Shown: positions 23,727 through 34,651 of the stretch, piece by piece
Layout of the letters: every line of letters begins with the position of its first letter
Position numbering within the stretch: the stretch's first letter is position 1
From: an uncultured Planctomycetota bacterium
GTDB taxonomy: Bacteria > Planctomycetota > Planctomycetia > Isosphaerales > Isosphaeraceae
Direction: 5' to 3'
Assembly (NCBI GenBank): GCA_963845755.1
Contig: CAWJTV010000020.1
Location: forward strand, 288,001-352,000
Length of the DNA: 64,000 nucleotides
Notes under the pieces: generated by a model
Database searches by the model: none
Told to the model about the DNA's origin: nothing
Seen by the model: only the letters and a program-made list of their open reading frames with translations
Made by a program: the position numbers and the translations under genes

Positions 23727-23984
23727 TCAGCCTCCTCGCCTGGGACCGCGAACTTTGCCGGAGCGTCCGTAGGTGAACAAGGCCGTTAGACCGATGCCAG
23801 CGAGCGGCACGACCACCCAGAGCAGGACGGATCGCCAGAACCCTGCCACGTCCTTGCCCAGAAGCCTCATGATGGCATTGGGGACGACGACGACCATGCC
23901 GCCGAGCGCGATCATCGCCCCGAAGATGAGCATGACGAAACAGCCGATGGCTTCCCGCGAGTCGTGCTGCGTCACCTTCGGCAT
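23727..23984 (-). CDS. Small two-TM membrane protein
   Basis: 85 aa with two hydrophobic helices; GAGG upstream of ATG. Confidence 0.6.
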   Translation of the reverse strand: MPKVTQHDSREAIGCFVMLIFGAMIALGGMVVVVPNAIMRLLGKDVAGFWRSVLLWVVVPLAGIGLTALFTYGRSGKVRGPRRGG

Positions 23985-24509
23985 CGCAAGACCTCATCTC
24001 TGAGCCGACTCGACCGGAGTGGCGATCGCACCGGGCCGGACCGCGACGATTCGTGATGTCACGCCCGTCGGGCCAGGGGGTACGTGCACCGACCCAGTGG
24101 CTGGCATGGATCGTCAACCACTCATCCCGGCGGCATTGTTCGGAGGATTCATACGTTGAGAATCGACCGTAGTCCAGCTCAAATTATTAGAGAATAATAT
24201 TTTTTACACTCTTTAATTTGTAGCCGACGAGTGACGTGTGGCAACCCCGCCTTCCGTGAGGGCAAGACCCGCGGTTTCGATCGATCGATCGACCGGCGGG
24301 AACGCGGCGGCCCGGGCAGGCCGGTGCACCGTCTCGGGGCCGATCGCCGCACCGGCGGAGGCGCCTGATCGTCCGGCTCCCAACCGATCGAAAGTCGCGT
24401 GTAAGGGGTCTGGTTCAGCCCGCCTGCGTCCCGTCAGGGAAGCCGGGACGACTCGGCCGCGGTATGGGAACGCTGGGGGTGGCTCGTGAGTGGCCGGAGG
24501 CGAGATTGG

Positions 24510-24908
24510 TCAGCAGGTGAGGCGGCAGAGGAGGAAGATCAACTCTCCGGTGCGGGCGATACCGCCGAAGGGTCGCGACGAGCGCAGGCAGCCGGGAGAC
24601 GGGGGACAGCCGGATGGCTGTGTCGCGTTCGCATTGTGACCCGTCGAGCCGTTGGCCGATCGTCGCAGGACAATCTGCGGTCCGGCCGAGGCGGGTGCGC
24701 AGACCTCATCGGCCTTCTCGTCCTGCGAGTCCTCTCCCGGTGGGACGGCGGCGTCTGTCGGCGGAAGTTCGTCCGCCACAAGCGATTGCAGGATCCGCGA
24801 GATCGAATTTGACGTGAAGTCACGAGAGTCGGGGGTGATCGCCTGGATCGCCAGGGCGACCAGGGCGAATCCGAAACAGCGAGTACGCAGCCGGAACCCC
24901 TGTAGCAT
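24510..24908 (-). CDS. Hypothetical 132-aa protein ending LCRLTC (paralog of 20232..20627)
   Basis: ALAIQAITPDSRDFTS; DEVCAPAS; LCRLTC-stop. Confidence 0.7.
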   Translation of the reverse strand: MLQGFRLRTRCFGFALVALAIQAITPDSRDFTSNSISRILQSLVADELPPTDAAVPPGEDSQDEKADEVCAPASAGPQIVLRRSANGSTGHNANATQPSGCPPSPGCLRSSRPFGGIARTGELIFLLCRLTC

Positions 24909-25102
24909 TAAGACCTTCCGTCACGCTCGAGACCGACGATCCGCAATCCTGACATCACGCGTATCGTCAGGATCATCGACGCGAATCGACCCGCGACTAA
25001 ACCGAAATCGGTGGACTCCGTCCTTTTCGCGAACTCTCCCTCCCGCCGGTTTGCATGAGTCCAACATCGTTCGTCGTGGGCTCACATTCGGGGCCGTCGG
25101 GG

Positions 25103-26293
25103 TCACTGGTCACGGTAGGGCTTTTTCTCCCCGTAGAGCTTAAACCTCGCTACGCCCTCGGAGCGGTCGTCGGCGTTCGGTTCGTGGTTGTTGGCCTCGG
25201 CCTGCCATCTCGCGGCCGAGACGAAGTCGCCGGCCTCGGCATGGGCCGCGGCGAGAGCTGAGAGGCATGAGGCATCCTTCCATTCCGTCAGCTCGCAGGC
25301 CCTGGTGCCCGCCTTCACGGCATTCTTGCCATCGCGGAATCGCTCGACGGGGCAGGTGGCCCGGATCCAGGCGAGGCGTTCGTACGGGATGGCCTCCTTG
25401 GAGTCGAGCTGAATCGCAAGGTCAAGGTCGGCGACGGCTTTGGCGTACGCTTTCAAAGCCTGCCAGGCGCGGGCGCGTCGGGAGTAAGCCTCGGCGTTCT
25501 CGGGATCGAGCCGAATCACCATGTTGTAATCGACGATGGCTTTCCCGTTCTCCCTCTGTCCTTGCCAGTCCACGCCGCGCGCGAGGTAGGCGGGGATGCA
25601 GAGAGGATCCAGCCAGATGGCCTCGCTGTGATCCTCGACGGCCTTGTCGTAATCCTTCTTCATGGCCCGCGCCGCCCCCCGGCCGATATAGGCCAAGGTC
25701 AACCTGGGGTCGAGCCGGATCGCTTCACTGTAGTCGGTGATGGCCCCGTCCGCGTCGTGCAAGGCAAGACGGACGTCGCCTCGCCTGCGATGCAGGGGCG
25801 CATTCCGCGGATCGAGCCCAACGGCTCGGTCGTAGTCGCGGAGCGCGGCGTCGTAGGCTTTCTGGTCCTGCCGCACGACCGCCCTCATGGCGTGAGCGAA
25901 TCCGCTCCGAGGATCCGCTTTGACCAGTTCGTCGAAGAAGGCGACGGCCTTCTCGACGGGAACGACGTCCTCGGCGCTGGCCGAACCGCTCAGGCGCTGT
26001 CCTTCGGCCTGGAGCCAGAGTCGAGGACCATCGGCCCGCTCGACTCGATAGATCGCGATCGCCCTGCGGCTCGATTCGACCGGTCCATCGTCGTCCAGGA
26101 GAACAAAGGCACCATTCTTTGGGACGACGCGTTTGCCGACCCAGTCCTCGTCATCCCGAGCCGAGGCCCGAACGGGTGCGGCCAGGAGCAGGACGAGCAC
26201 CGCGGCAAGCAGAGCGACGGTGTCGGCCCGACGGCCGGCGAGTCCCATTCGCCCCCGGACGAGCCCGCCTGCCATCGCGTTGCTCGAGACCAT
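25103..26293 (-). CDS. Secreted tetratricopeptide-repeat protein
   Basis: Signal-like segment; repeated AI.DY.EAIRLDP TPRs; C-terminal LAWIRATCP…RDGK.AV…ACELT.W. Confidence 0.92.
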   Translation of the reverse strand: MVSSNAMAGGLVRGRMGLAGRRADTVALLAAVLVLLLAAPVRASARDDEDWVGKRVVPKNGAFVLLDDDGPVESSRRAIAIYRVERADGPRLWLQAEGQRLSGSASAEDVVPVEKAVAFFDELVKADPRSGFAHAMRAVVRQDQKAYDAALRDYDRAVGLDPRNAPLHRRRGDVRLALHDADGAITDYSEAIRLDPRLTLAYIGRGAARAMKKDYDKAVEDHSEAIWLDPLCIPAYLARGVDWQGQRENGKAIVDYNMVIRLDPENAEAYSRRARAWQALKAYAKAVADLDLAIQLDSKEAIPYERLAWIRATCPVERFRDGKNAVKAGTRACELTEWKDASCLSALAAAHAEAGDFVSAARWQAEANNHEPNADDRSEGVARFKLYGEKKPYRDQ

Positions 26294-26690
26294 CGATCGC
26301 CCCTTCCTCTCAAGTTCGAGCGGCCCACGACCAGTTTACATTCAGGACGACATTGATGTAGATATTAAAATCTATTATTTATTATATTGACACCGATGGA
26401 TTCGAGGTGAGGGCGCTTGACGGTTAGCTCCCACACGGCTCATACGAGCCCGACGCGCCAATGAGTGGATGGATGATGCCATGGCAGAACTCACTCGATG
26501 GCGATTCGGGCACTTATTCAATCGATTCTGTTATTGTGTGCAGTATGAGCGTTCGGCGCACTCGACCGTCACACCTGTTATTCCACCTGTTCTCAGAAGA
26601 GCGGCGATGGGACCGTGCGTGCACCACGGGAGCGCCGTGTTGGGTGCAAGTCCTCCGTTCGGCGCCCTGATCACGAGGGTGCTCCGTGCT

Positions 26691-27014
26691 TCAGGCTCGT
26701 CCATTCGGCGCACCAGGAGAGCAGAGATCAGTGCAAGGCTCGGGGGCGTCGGCGTCGGCCATCCGGAATCCTTCTCGCGCCGTGGCGGCCGTCACGCCGG
26801 CGTTGACCGCCGAGACCACGTTCACCAGCGCGTTGAGCACGTCGTCGACAATACCGGCCGCCCGCGCCTTCTCGATCCGGTTCCGGGTACAGACCTGGCA
26901 ACCTCGCGTCATGGTCACCGCCAGCCCGACCAGGTGCTTCTCCCGATCGGTCAGCAGCGCTGTCTCGTGCGACTGGCGCACATATCCCACGATCGGCGTA
27001 TCGTCATAGGGCAT
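26691..27014 (-). CDS. Carboxymuconolactone decarboxylase / AhpD-like protein
   Basis: LTDREKHLVGLAVTMTRGCQVC (CxxC), ARAAGI. Confidence 0.8.
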   Translation of the reverse strand: MPYDDTPIVGYVRQSHETALLTDREKHLVGLAVTMTRGCQVCTRNRIEKARAAGIVDDVLNALVNVVSAVNAGVTAATAREGFRMADADAPEPCTDLCSPGAPNGRA

Positions 27015-27060
27015 GAGAGCAACTCCGTTCGGATGATCGCGAGTCGGTCGTAAGTGCGGC

Positions 27061-28593
27061 TCACTTCTTCTTCGCCCAGATTGCGGAGAGGTCTTCGGAA
27101 GCCTGCTGGCGAACGCCGTTGTCGGAGAGGACGTCCTCGGTCGCCTTGAGTGCTTCCTGATGGTCGAAGACGATCGTCTCGGAGGCCCGATCATCGAAGA
27201 CAATCCGGGTGTATTTCTCCTTCGAATTGCGCAGTAGCTCCACCATGTGGCGGATGTTCTTGATGCGGACTCCGTTGATCTCCTTGACCACCTTGTACTG
27301 GGGGCTGTCGTACCCCTGGCCGATCTTGTGCGGGAATTTCGGCGCGGTGACGACGACCAGCTCCTCGCCTTCGAACCGCGGGTAGTCGCCCCGACGTGTG
27401 ATCAGCGGATTGCCCGTGACCGACAGGATCGAGGCATACCGTCCGAACGCCGCGGCGAACTCGCTGGTCACGGGCGAGAAGACCAGCGGGCCGTAGATGA
27501 AGTAAGACGGATACTTCCCCTTGAGCGATTCGATCAGCATCGGGTTGTGTGCCTTGACCGGCATGTCGATCTTGAGGGGCTTTCCCTGACGCACGACGGT
27601 CAGGGGTACCTTCCCGTCCTTGCCCACCTTCTGGATGAAGTACTGGAACCTCAATCGGAGGCTCTCGCTGATCTTGATCATGCCGGTATTGTCGATCTCC
27701 TGCTCGCCGATCTTCGTGATCAGGTCGAACGGCTTGAGCGGGTCCTGGGAATCGCCGGGGGTCGGCGCGTGGACGACCATGCCCTGGGTCTTCCTGTCGA
27801 GGTGGAGGAAGCTGCGCAGGGCGTCGTTCTCGAGGGTCTGGAGCGAGTCATGCATCGCGGGCTTGCCGTCGTAGGTGCCGTCGGCGACATCCTTGAGGAA
27901 GAGATCGATCTCCTCACTTGGGATGATGTAGCCGATGTTGTCGGACTGGGTGAGCTTGCTGAAGATGAGTCCGACCATCCTGCCATCGATCAGGGCGGGG
28001 CCACCGCTGTTACCCGGGTTGATGGCGGCGTCGATCTGGACGCGGACCCCCTGGGCACCTTCACCATAGCCGGTGAACTCGATCCGAGAGACGATCCCCT
28101 TGGTGATCGAGAGGGTCGAGCCGCCCTGCGGGAAGCCGTAGACCAGGACCGTCTCCTTCACTGGGGGAAGGGCCTCGGTGCGCGCCATCGGGGTTCTCTT
28201 GTCGAAGAACGATTCGTCCTCCAGCCTGATCACGGCCAGGTCGATCCCCGGGCTGACTGCCTCGACCCGTGCCGACAGCTTGTCGCTCGATTGATTGCTT
28301 TCGACGTAGAGTTGGGTGGCGTAGGTGACCATATGGGCGTTGGTCAAGATCCGCTTCCCATCGATGACGACTCCCGTACCACTGGCCTCGCTGGGCGCGT
28401 TCTTAGTCCAGGGGCTCGTGAAGTTGGGGTAGCGCATCGTCGCCGTGATCTTCACGACCGAGTTGCGGATCTTCCCTTCCTGCGTGTCGTCTTCTACGGC
28501 CGCCAAGGCCGATCGTGGGACACTCCAGGCCAGTAGCGTAACCGCGACGGCCGCGGCCGTCATCGAAGCCGAGATCATCCGTGGCATGTTCAT
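27061..28593 (-). CDS. Trypsin-like serine protease with PDZ (DegP/Deg2-like)
   Basis: GTGVVI, ILTNAH, IDLAVI, IDAAINPGNSGGP catalytic triad motifs; signal peptide. Confidence 0.93.
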   Translation of the reverse strand: MNMPRMISASMTAAAVAVTLLAWSVPRSALAAVEDDTQEGKIRNSVVKITATMRYPNFTSPWTKNAPSEASGTGVVIDGKRILTNAHMVTYATQLYVESNQSSDKLSARVEAVSPGIDLAVIRLEDESFFDKRTPMARTEALPPVKETVLVYGFPQGGSTLSITKGIVSRIEFTGYGEGAQGVRVQIDAAINPGNSGGPALIDGRMVGLIFSKLTQSDNIGYIIPSEEIDLFLKDVADGTYDGKPAMHDSLQTLENDALRSFLHLDRKTQGMVVHAPTPGDSQDPLKPFDLITKIGEQEIDNTGMIKISESLRLRFQYFIQKVGKDGKVPLTVVRQGKPLKIDMPVKAHNPMLIESLKGKYPSYFIYGPLVFSPVTSEFAAAFGRYASILSVTGNPLITRRGDYPRFEGEELVVVTAPKFPHKIGQGYDSPQYKVVKEINGVRIKNIRHMVELLRNSKEKYTRIVFDDRASETIVFDHQEALKATEDVLSDNGVRQQASEDLSAIWAKKK

Positions 28594-28870
28594 CGGGGGA
28601 CTCACCTCAATAATTGCCAGACGCCGATTCCCGAACGTCAACGATTAGCCGCCTGGTCGAACGATCGGACCGATGGATCGCAACCATCTTATCCCCATGC
28701 GAGCCGACTGGATAGTACCGTGATGCGCAATGAGGCAGTAGGCTGTGGCAGCCAGCGCTGGCGGGTGAGATAGTAAAGGGCCAGTGATGAACTGCGAAGT
28801 TAGCCCGGCGAGTCTCCATTCCCCGATCGGCCTGCCACCGACTGCCTACCGTTCAGAAGGAGCCGTAGCG

Positions 28871-30649
28871 ATGTCACGACGCGCACTGATCGTTGCCCTG
28901 GGATTGTGTGCGATGCCTGGAGTCCGCGAGGCGATGGCCCAGGAGGCCCCCGCCCGTGGCGGAGGGGCACCGACAACGCCTGCCACGCCGCCACGATACG
29001 CCGATTGGAAGGACAGGGGGACCGGGGGGGCCGTGTCGGCAGGGGGACGCGAGGCGGTCGCCGCCGGCATCGAGATCCTCAAGCGCGGCGGGAACGCGGC
29101 GGATGCGGGAGCGGCCACGATCCTGGCCTTGAGTGTGACCGACGCGCGATCGTTCTGCTTCGGCGGCGAAGTGCCGATCCTCGTCTACGACGCCCAGACC
29201 AAGGGCATCACGGTGATTGCGGGACAGGGCGTCGCGCCCCGACTGGCGACCCGGGAGGAGTTCGTACGTCGTGGCGGAATCCCGCTCCGGGGAATCACGG
29301 CGGCCGCGGTCCCGGCCGCGCTCGACGCCTGCCTGACCCTGCTCGATCGGTTCGGGACGATGACTTTTACCCAGGTCGTCGGGCCCACGCGACAGATCCT
29401 CGCCCGGCCGTCGCGTCGCGAAGCCTGGCACGCCGACTTCATCCGGACGCTCGAAACGCTGATCGCCGCCGAGGCCATGGCCTGTCCTGTCGGCTCACCG
29501 AGTGACCGCTCGCGGGGACTCCGCTTCGTCGCTGACGCGTTCTATCGCGGGTCGATCGCTCACCGCGTCGATGCCTGGTCGCGGGCCAACGGCGGTCTGA
29601 TCCGTTACGTGGATCTCGCGACCCACACGACGCGGATCGAGGAACCGGTCTCCGTCACTTACCGCGGCCACACCGTCTACAAGTGCGGAGTGTGGACCCA
29701 GGGACCTTGCCTGCTCCAGGCTTTGCAGATCCTCGAGGGATTCGACCTCAAGTCCATGGGGCGAGATCAACCCGAGACGATCCACACCATCGTCGAGGCG
29801 ATGAAATTGGCCATGGCCGACCGCGACACCTATTACGCCGATCCCCTGTTCGTCGACGTGCCGCTGGCGGAGCTCCTGATGCCGGATTATGCCGCCAAGC
29901 GTCGCGCGCTGATCGACCCGAAGCATGCGTCCTTGGAACGCAGACCGGGCGATCCCCGCGCGGGTAAAGCGGTCCTCGATCCGTCGGCCGATCCGGCAGC
30001 GCGGCGCCCGGCGCCTCCGGTGGCCGCGGTCCAGGACACGACCACCTGCCTGGTCGCCGATCAAAGCGGCAACATCGTCGCGGCCACGCCCAGCGGCTGG
30101 TCGGGGGTCGTGGCCGGTGACACCGGCGTCTGGCTGGGCAGCCGGCTGCAAAGTCTCAACACCTGGGAGGGTCATCCGGACGTCATCGAACCCGGCAAGC
30201 GGCCGCGAATCACCCTATCGCCGACCATCGTCCTCGATGATGACCAGGACCCCGTGCTGGCCGTCAGCGTCGCCGGGGGCGATAACCAGGACCAGATGAT
30301 CTTGCAGCTTGTGATTGACCATATCGACTTTCGCCTGGGGCCTGCCGACGCGGTCGTCGCACCACGGTTCATGAGCGACCACTTCATCAGCTCGTTCGGC
30401 CAGAAGCCGCCCGCTCTGGGCCAACTCAGGATCAATCCCGAACATGGCCAGGAGCGGCTCGACGCGCTCAAGAAACTGGGCCACAAGCTCGTGGTCCGTT
30501 CGGGACCGCTCAGCGCGGCGCCCTGCGTCATCGGCCTTGAAGAGCTCCAACTGACTGGTCGCATGCTCGACGCCGCAGGCGATCCCCGTGCCGGCCGCCA
30601 TGTGAAATCGTTAGGCGCGTCCCAGGACCACAACCTTGATCACCGTTAG
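28871..30649 (+). CDS. ggt: Gamma-glutamyltransferase family protein
   Basis: GGNAADA, FGGEVPIL, EAMKLAMADR, DTTT (nucleophile Thr), PGKRPRITLSP, AGDPR. Confidence 0.92.
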   Translation: MSRRALIVALGLCAMPGVREAMAQEAPARGGGAPTTPATPPRYADWKDRGTGGAVSAGGREAVAAGIEILKRGGNAADAGAATILALSVTDARSFCFGGEVPILVYDAQTKGITVIAGQGVAPRLATREEFVRRGGIPLRGITAAAVPAALDACLTLLDRFGTMTFTQVVGPTRQILARPSRREAWHADFIRTLETLIAAEAMACPVGSPSDRSRGLRFVADAFYRGSIAHRVDAWSRANGGLIRYVDLATHTTRIEEPVSVTYRGHTVYKCGVWTQGPCLLQALQILEGFDLKSMGRDQPETIHTIVEAMKLAMADRDTYYADPLFVDVPLAELLMPDYAAKRRALIDPKHASLERRPGDPRAGKAVLDPSADPAARRPAPPVAAVQDTTTCLVADQSGNIVAATPSGWSGVVAGDTGVWLGSRLQSLNTWEGHPDVIEPGKRPRITLSPTIVLDDDQDPVLAVSVAGGDNQDQMILQLVIDHIDFRLGPADAVVAPRFMSDHFISSFGQKPPALGQLRINPEHGQERLDALKKLGHKLVVRSGPLSAAPCVIGLEELQLTGRMLDAAGDPRAGRHVKSLGASQDHNLDHR

Positions 30650-30810
30650 TAACACTGCCACGGCCAAGGTGTCGTCGGCGGGTGCCCGGAGTCGGTTGGG
30701 CCCGATTCCCGGTTCGCACCTGCCCTCAAGCTGGCGATCCAAAGTTCCTCTTCGAGTTCCCGCGGTGCGGGTTGATCCCGCCCCCTCCGACGCACTCACG
30801 GAGCAAGGTC

Positions 30811-32887
30811 ATGCCCTTTCAGGCCTCCGCCTCCCCCTGGTACGCGACCGCCTACCGCCGCGCCGTCATCGACATGCACATCCCCGATTGGGACGATGCG
30901 TTCCTGTCGCGGTTTGACGCCGGCCAGTACGTCGCCATGTTGGTGAAGGCGCGCGCCCAGTCGATCGTCGCTTATGCGATGTCGCACGTCGGGTTGTTCA
31001 ACTACCCGACCAAGGTCGGCCGACAGCACAAGAACCTCAAGGGGCGGAACATCGTCCAGGAGATCCTCGACGGCTGCCATACACGCGGGATCGCCGTGGT
31101 CCTGTACAACAGCCTGATCTTCGACCGCACGACGGCCGACCTCCATCCCGAATGGCGGATGCAGGCCGTTGATGGCAAGCCGCACGGCGGCGGCGGTCGG
31201 CACGGACTGGTCTGCCCGAATTCCCCCTATCGCGAGTACGTCCGCGCCTGGGTCGAGGAAGAATGCCGGCTGTTCGAACCCGAGGGGTTCCGATTCGACA
31301 TGACCTTCTGGCCGTCCGTCTGCTATTGCGATCATTGCAAGAAACGGTTCGCCGACGAAGTCGGCGGCGCGATCCCGACTACCGTGAACTGGCACGACGA
31401 GCGGTGGGTCACCTTCCAGCACCGACGCGAGGCCTGGCTGACCGAGTTTGCCGCAATCCCCACCGGAACCGTACGGAAACTTCGCCCCCGGGCGAGCGTC
31501 GAGCATCAATCGTCAACCTATCCGCTACACTGGCAATTCGGTGTCAATGTCGCCGTTGATCCCGCAGAACGACTTCCTCCAGGGCGATTTCTACGGCGAC
31601 TCGTGGCAGGGGTCGTTCGTCCGTAAGCTGCTGGAGGACCTGACGCCTCATCGTCCGTTCGGGTTCGAGACGAGCTTCTCGGCCGAGCTGGCCGATCACA
31701 CCGCTATGAAGTCCGAGGCGCTCCTGGAAGCCAAGGCGTCGGCGGCCGTGGCCGACAATGCCGCTTTCATCTTCATCGATGCCATCGACCCGATCGGCAC
31801 GCTCAACCCCAGGGTCTACGACCGCATGGGCGGGATCTTCGAGCGGCTGATGCCGTACTACGCCGAGCTGGGCGGCACGCGGGTCGCGGACGTCGCTGTG
31901 TACTACAGCCTCGACTCCAAGTTTGACTTCGCCGGGAACGGGCGGTCCGTGCCAGGCGCCGACACGACTGATGCTCACACCAGGAGCGTCACCTCGGTCA
32001 CCCGCGGATTGGGAAGCCACCACATCCCCTTTGGTTTCGTCACAAAGACGACCCTGGCCCACTTGAACGAGCACAAGGTCTTGATCCTGGCGAACGTCAA
32101 CATGATGGACGACGCCGAGATCGAGGCGATTCGCGACTGGGTGCGCCAGGGCGGTTCGCTCATCGCCACCGGCTCGACGTCGCTGGTGGATGCCCGAGGG
32201 CGCCTCCGCAAGGATTTCGGCCTGGGAGACGTCTTCGGCGTTTCGTTGAAGTCGCCAAGCTGGGCGGTCTGGCCGCACTACATCTCACCGTCGGGGGAAG
32301 GTGAAGCCCTCTTCGGCGAGTTCAGCTTCCTCTACCCGGCCTTCGCGCGGACGACCGGCCAGGAGATCGAGCAGCGACCGGCTTCCCACGTGACGGTGCT
32401 CGCCACGACGACCCTGATCTGGCCCACCGATGACCCGAGCCGGTTCTCCTCGATTCACAGCAATCCGCCCTGGCAGCCGACCGTCCGGCCCGAAGTGGTC
32501 CTCAACCACTTTGGCAAGGGGCAAGCGATCTACTGTGCCAGCCCGCTGGAAACGATCGAAAGTCTGAACGGTACGATCGCCCAATTGGTACGACGACTCC
32601 ACGAACGACCAGTCTTCGAGGCCGATGCACCCGCGGCCGTCGAATTGACGCTGTTCCACCAGCCCGAGCGGCACCGTTATCGCCTCAGCCTGGTCAACTT
32701 CCAGATGGACCTGCCCAACATTCCGGTCACCGAGATCCCAGTCCGGCTCCGACTGCCGGAGAAGGTCGTCCGGGTGGTCCAGCTTCCGGGAGACCGGCCG
32801 ATCGCCCACACCGAGACCGAGGGCGTCGTCCGTTTCGTCGTCCCGCGGTTGGAGACCCTGGCGATGTTCGGCGTGACCGTGGCGTAA
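30811..32887 (+). CDS. Glycoside hydrolase (GHL6/alpha-fucosidase-like TIM barrel + beta-galactosidase trimerisation domain), frameshift ~31545
   Basis: IDMHIPDW, YPTKVG, VCPNSPY, FDM…CYCDHC; C-terminal IRDWVRQGGSLIATG. Confidence 0.8.
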
Positions 32888-32890
32888 GGA

Positions 32891-33765
32891 TCAATCCATT
32901 AGCACCATTGAGAGCTGTCTCTGGAATTCGGTGACCAGCTCTTCGCCGGGGGGAAAGAGCTGGAAGATCGCGATCATAGTCTGGCGGTGCGCTCGCCAAT
33001 GCCCTTGCGATCGCGCTCGACTAACTCCAAGCAGAGCGCCAGGGCGTCGGCGTACTGGCCCGAGGCGGCCAGGGCCTCGGCGAGCTGAAACTTGAGATTC
33101 AGGTCCTCGGGATTGGTGGCCAGCGCGGCGCACGCGGCCTCGACGCCGCCGGCGTCCTGCGCCTGGAGCCGGAGGATCAATTCGGCCTTGAGCCTCTCGG
33201 CTTCCGGCTCGAGGAAGCCCTGGCGTTCCATGGCGACAATCGCGGCCTGGGTGTCTTCGAGCCGGCCTTGCTCCAAGGCGACCCGTGCCAGTCCGATCTG
33301 CGCCGGGAGCAGGTCGGGGTCAAGCGACAGCGCCAGGTTGTATTTCGTCTCGGCGGCCTGAGGATCGGTCGGTTCCAGCCGGCGCGCCTCGGCGACGATT
33401 CGTTCGGCCGGCGTTGGCAGCAATCGATCGAGCCACGACCGGATCACCGACTCCGATTGGACCCCGATGAAGCCGTCGACCGCCCTGCCGTCGCGCACCC
33501 CGAACACCGCGGGGATCGACCGGACGCCGAATTGCATCGACAGTTCGGACTCCTTGTCGGTGTTGACCTTTGCCAACACGAACTGACCGCCGTACTCTTC
33601 GGCGAGCCGCTCTAGCAGTGGACCAAGCATCTTGCAGGGTCCGCACCACTCGGCCCAGAAGTCGATCACCACCGGCACTTCCGATGATCGCTCGATCACG
33701 TCTCGCTCGAAGTTGGCCGAGGTCCCTTCGATCACCCACGAAGATGGAGTTGTCTGATCGTTCAT
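32891..33765 (-). CDS. Thioredoxin-TPR chaperedoxin (CnoX/YbbN-like), frameshift ~32995
   Basis: VIDFWAEWCGPCK, FGVRSIPAV, TPR helices; C-terminal tail QTMIAIFQLF…FQRQLS in a second frame. Confidence 0.88.
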
Positions 33766-34083
33766 CGATCGAGTATCCCTTTGCATGTTTTTCGTTTCGC
33801 AAGGCAGCCGGTTCCCCGCGCGCGCAAGGCCGAAGGCTGTCGCCTCTCGCACCGGGTTGACGATTTCCATGATAGGAGATCCGGCAAGTGGGGAGAATGC
33901 TCTAGCCCGTTGCAACTGGCGTGGCGGCGCGGACGACTGTCAAACCGGCAGTTCAGGTTCCATCGGTGTGGCATCATCACACCGCCACCACGATTCAGGA
34001 TGAGCCGTGCGACGACTGAGTTGCGGTCGTAACCGTCGAATCACATCGGGACTTCCGATGTCGAGCCCCGATCCCGCGAGAAT

Positions 34084-34098
34084 TGGCATGTGCATTGC
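34084..34098 (+). promoter_or_regulatory. Sigma-54 -24/-12 promoter motif upstream of csrA
   Basis: TGGCATGTGCATTGC (GG-N10-GC). Confidence 0.6.
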
Positions 34099-34180
34099 GA
34101 ACCGGTAACCCGAATCGATACAACAGGAGGATCGCCTCGATCGATCCTGGCGATCGATGGAGTGCATGGAGGACACGAGG

Positions 34181-34453
34181 ATGTTGGTACTCACTCGAAA
34201 GCTCGGCGAGAAAATCCTGATCGGCGACGACATCGTGATCACGGTAGTCGAGGCTGGAAAGTCCCGGTTGAAGTTGGGGATCACGGCTCCAGCCGGCACA
34301 CGGGTCCTGCGGAGTGAGCTGGATCCGGGCCGAATCCCTGCGGGTCTGGATTGCGTCGCCGGAGGCGAGGAGTTCCTTGTCGCGCCCGCGGAGCGGCCAA
34401 AGCCATCGCGACGGCAATGGGTACGGGCGAGGGTCGAGTCCGTCGGCGCCTGA
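34181..34453 (+). CDS. csrA: Carbon storage regulator
   Basis: MLVLTRKLGEKILIGDDIVITVV…KLGITAP…VLRSEL. Confidence 0.92.
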   Translation: MLVLTRKLGEKILIGDDIVITVVEAGKSRLKLGITAPAGTRVLRSELDPGRIPAGLDCVAGGEEFLVAPAERPKPSRRQWVRARVESVGA

Positions 34454-34651
34454 CGTCACTCAACGCACTGCGGATGCGACGGAGCCGGCCACACCCCGAG
34501 GAAACCCTGCCTTATCGAGCCGCCCCGCGCCTCTTTTCTCCGGAGCGATTCCGGCGTATGCTCGAACGATCACAGCCGCTCGGCCGCGCGGAAGTTAGCC
34601 CTCGCGCCGGTCGAGACCCGCCCAATTGACGATCATCCGGAGAATCACTCC

